From NCBI RefSeq assembly GCF_035084215.1, contig NC_090366.1:10478001-10542000 (forward strand): a stretch of DNA of 64,000 bases, given 5' to 3'. A program made the position numbers and the translations under genes. Numbering within the stretch: position 1 is the first letter of the stretch; each line of letters starts with the position of its first letter. The notes below the pieces were generated by a model. It saw only the letters and a program-made list of their open reading frames with translations, was not told the DNA's origin and ran no database searches. This DNA is from Heptranchias perlo (Eukaryota). This document shows, one piece after another, positions 61,420 through 64,000 of the stretch.

Positions 61420-63495
61420 AGTCGGCAGTCCACTAAAGACTGTATTGGTCCATTGAAGGACTCCTTAGAACAGATTTAAATTGACTCCCAAAGTATGACA
61501 GTGGTGTACATGATTAGTTAGCACTAGTCTTCACCCCACTAGACAATACTCAACTGCCACTTATAGGTTCGATGTAGATTACAAAATTGTAAATATTAAA
61601 ATAACTGAGGATATCATTTTAGACAGAATAAGGTACGTTGAAATATATTGAACTGCTAGTCCGGGAATGGTTGTGATTTGCAAGGCCCAATCTTTAACAA
61701 CTCACTAGACTCTTGGATTGTTCCCTTAGATTGGGACTCGCTTCTGTCTCAGCAGATTGAATGCCTGAGTGAATCCCTTCCCAGACACGAAATTCCAATT
61801 TTCGAAAGACGTGGGCGGGGGGGGGGGGGGGGGCCGCGGGGTTCAGATCCAAGGAATTCTAGGGCCATTAGTCTGACGTCAGTATTAGGAAAGATGTTTC
61901 ATGGGCTCATAAGAGATGCTCATTGTGATCACCTGGATAGAGGATTCATCAGAGACACGCAATTCGGCTTCTGGAAAAGAAGGTCATGTCTTACTAATTT
62001 GTTATAATTTTCTGAAGAAGGGGCTAGTTAGTGGATGAGAGTTTCCCAGTAGATATTGTCTACTTGGATTTTCAGAAAGCTTTTCAGAAGGTTCCTCACA
62101 ATAGATTAGTCTACAAGCCATATCCTTGTGGAATCTGTGGCAAGTTACTACACTGGATTAAGAATTGGCTGCATTCCTGTAAGCGGGAAGTTGTTATTAA
62201 TAGCTCTAGATTTCCTTGGAAGACAGTTGCCAGTGGTCGCTCACAGGGATTACTGTTAGGTCCATTTCTTTTCACTGTCTTCATAAATGACCTGGAAATA
62301 GGATGTTACGTCTGAACTCAATGGTCTCCTGACCGGCCTTCCACCTTGCACCCTTCGTAAACCTAAGCTCATCCAAAACTCTGCTGCCTGTTTCCTAACT
62401 CGCACCATGACCCATTCACCCATCACCCCCTGTGCTCGCTGACTTGCATTGATTCCCGTCTAGCAACGCCTCAATTTTAAAATTATCATCGTTGTTTTCA
62501 AATCAATCCATGGCCTCGCCCTCTCCCTATCTCTGTAACCTCCTCCAGCTCTACAACCCTCTGAGATCTCTGCGCTCCTCCAATTCTGACCTCTTGTGCA
62601 TCCCCTTTTTTCATCGCTCCACCACTGGTGGCCGCGCCTTCAGCCAACCAATCCCTAAGCTATGGAATTCCATCCCTGAACCTCTCCACCTCTCTACCAC
62701 TATCTCCTGCTCTATGACGTTTCTTAAAACGTTCCTCTTGAAAAAGCTTTTGGTCAGTAATATCTCCTTATATGGCTCGGTGTCAAATTGTGCTTGATAA
62801 TCGCTCCTGTGAAATGCCTTGGGATGTTTTACAATGTTAAAGGTGCTTCATAAATGTAAGTTATTGTTGCTGGAATGGTCTGCAAGTTTGCTGATGACAC
62901 TATTATTTGTGCAAGTGTTAGGATTGTGAAGGAGTACAAATTTATTCAAGCAGACCTCGATGCACCGGGAGAATGATTCAAACTGGTAAATGGTATTTAC
63001 CATATAAAAGTGCAGCGTTATGCATTGGAGCAGCAATGGACCCCACGTCCGCTTATACTTTATATGGAACAGAAATCGGTTGAGAGAGAAAAGGATCTTG
63101 GCATTATTATTATAATTATTTTAAGGTCCATGATCAATGCCGAAAAGCCATAGCCATGCAAATAGGCTTTTAAGGTTGTATTAAAAACGATTCAATGTAA
63201 AACAAAGCACATCATTTTGTCTTTGTAAAGACCTTGGTTAGACCACATTTAGAATCATGCTCCCAGTTTAGATCCCCTCATATGCTGGGTGATATACAGG
63301 GATTGGAAAAGGCTCAGGAAAGCAACGAGATTCGATCCCGACTTAAACAGCCTTACTTATTCAGATAGGGTTAAAAGGCTAGGTTTATTCACTTTACAGA
63401 TGGCCTTGGATGATGATAGAAGTCTATTAAATAGTTAAAGGACTAGATTGCTATCCTATTGATACATTATCTCAATTTGATAGAGTCGAGAAGGA
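61420..63495 (+). mobile_element. Old CR1-clade LINE ORF2 relic, split by an L2 insertion
   Basis: ORFs 61678-62007 (RAISLTSVLGK, QFGF, SCLTNLL) and 62031-62315 (YLDFQKAF, FINDL); resumes at ~62880 with KFADD. Confidence 0.85.
62318..62870 (+). mobile_element. L2 LINE 3' fragment
   Basis: KLIQNSAA...PLRSLRSS...GGRAFS...LWNSIP...FLKTFL coding; tail GTTAAAGGTGCTTCATAAATGTAAGTTATTGTTG. Confidence 0.85.
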
Positions 63496-63499
63496 AAGG

Positions 63500-63970
63500 T
63501 TCGTGTACATAAGAGGCTATCCTTATCATGAAAGATTGAACATGCTGGAACCCTTTTCTTTAGAATAGAGAAGGCTGAGAGGTGACCTGATGGAGGTCTT
63601 TAATGTAATGATAGGGTTTGACCGGGTAGGCGTAGAAAAAAAGTTTCCACATGTGAGGGAATCCAAAACTAGAGGTCATCAATGTAAAATAGTCGGTATC
63701 AAATCAAATAGGAAATTCAGGAGAAACTTCTTTACCAAAGAGTGGTAAGAAGGTGGAACTCGCTACCGCAAGAAATAATTGAGGCAAAGAGCAAAGATGC
63801 ATTTAAGGGGAAGCTAGGTAAGCACATGAGGGAGAAATGAATAGAAGGATATCCTGGTAGATTTAGATAACATAGGGAGGGAGGAGGTTGGTGTGGAGCA
63901 TAAATGTCCTCATAGACCAGTTGGGCCGAATGGCCTGTTTCTGTGCTGTAGTTCCGATGTAACTTGATGT
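63500..63970 (+). mobile_element. CR1 LINE 3' fragment
   Basis: RRLRGDLMEVF...FRRNFFTQRVVRRWNSLPQ coding and GGGCCGAATGGCCTGTTTCTGTGCTGTA 3' UTR. Confidence 0.9.
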
Positions 63971-64000
63971 ACAACGGTAGGGCTAGGTTAGATTTTAGAC

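Overview
Eukaryotic, repeat-rich DNA, most likely from a cartilaginous fish (inferred from the mix of CR1, L2, Penelope, Deu-domain SINE and Harbinger repeats and from the GPCR family). Four protein-coding genes can be reconstructed from splice sites and reading phase. Three are paralogous two-exon class A orphan GPCRs of the GPR139/GPR142-like type, each with a 70-nt first exon starting MHEP and one phase-1 intron: 13111-17046 (+), 40615-46403 (-) and 56060-60806 (-). All three share a conserved ~85-bp core promoter. Between them lies a ~10-exon CD2/SLAM/CEACAM-like Ig-superfamily receptor (leader, IgV, IgC2, TM, cytoplasmic mini-exons, Tyr-motif tail; 21602-35582, +). Positions ~2160-12040 are a compound higher-order satellite in which an AG-rich ~45-bp minisatellite alternates with arrays of a ~79-bp monomer that matches the tRNA-like head of a SINE found dispersed at ~61070. 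The rest is mostly CR1/L2 fragments, SINEs, Harbinger-type MITEs and a Myb/SANT relic, Penelope pieces (a GIY-YIG fragment, a minimal hammerhead ribozyme, a perfect 48-bp hairpin), two more minisatellites and a possible LTR/gag relic. All repeat boundaries are approximate, read by eye.
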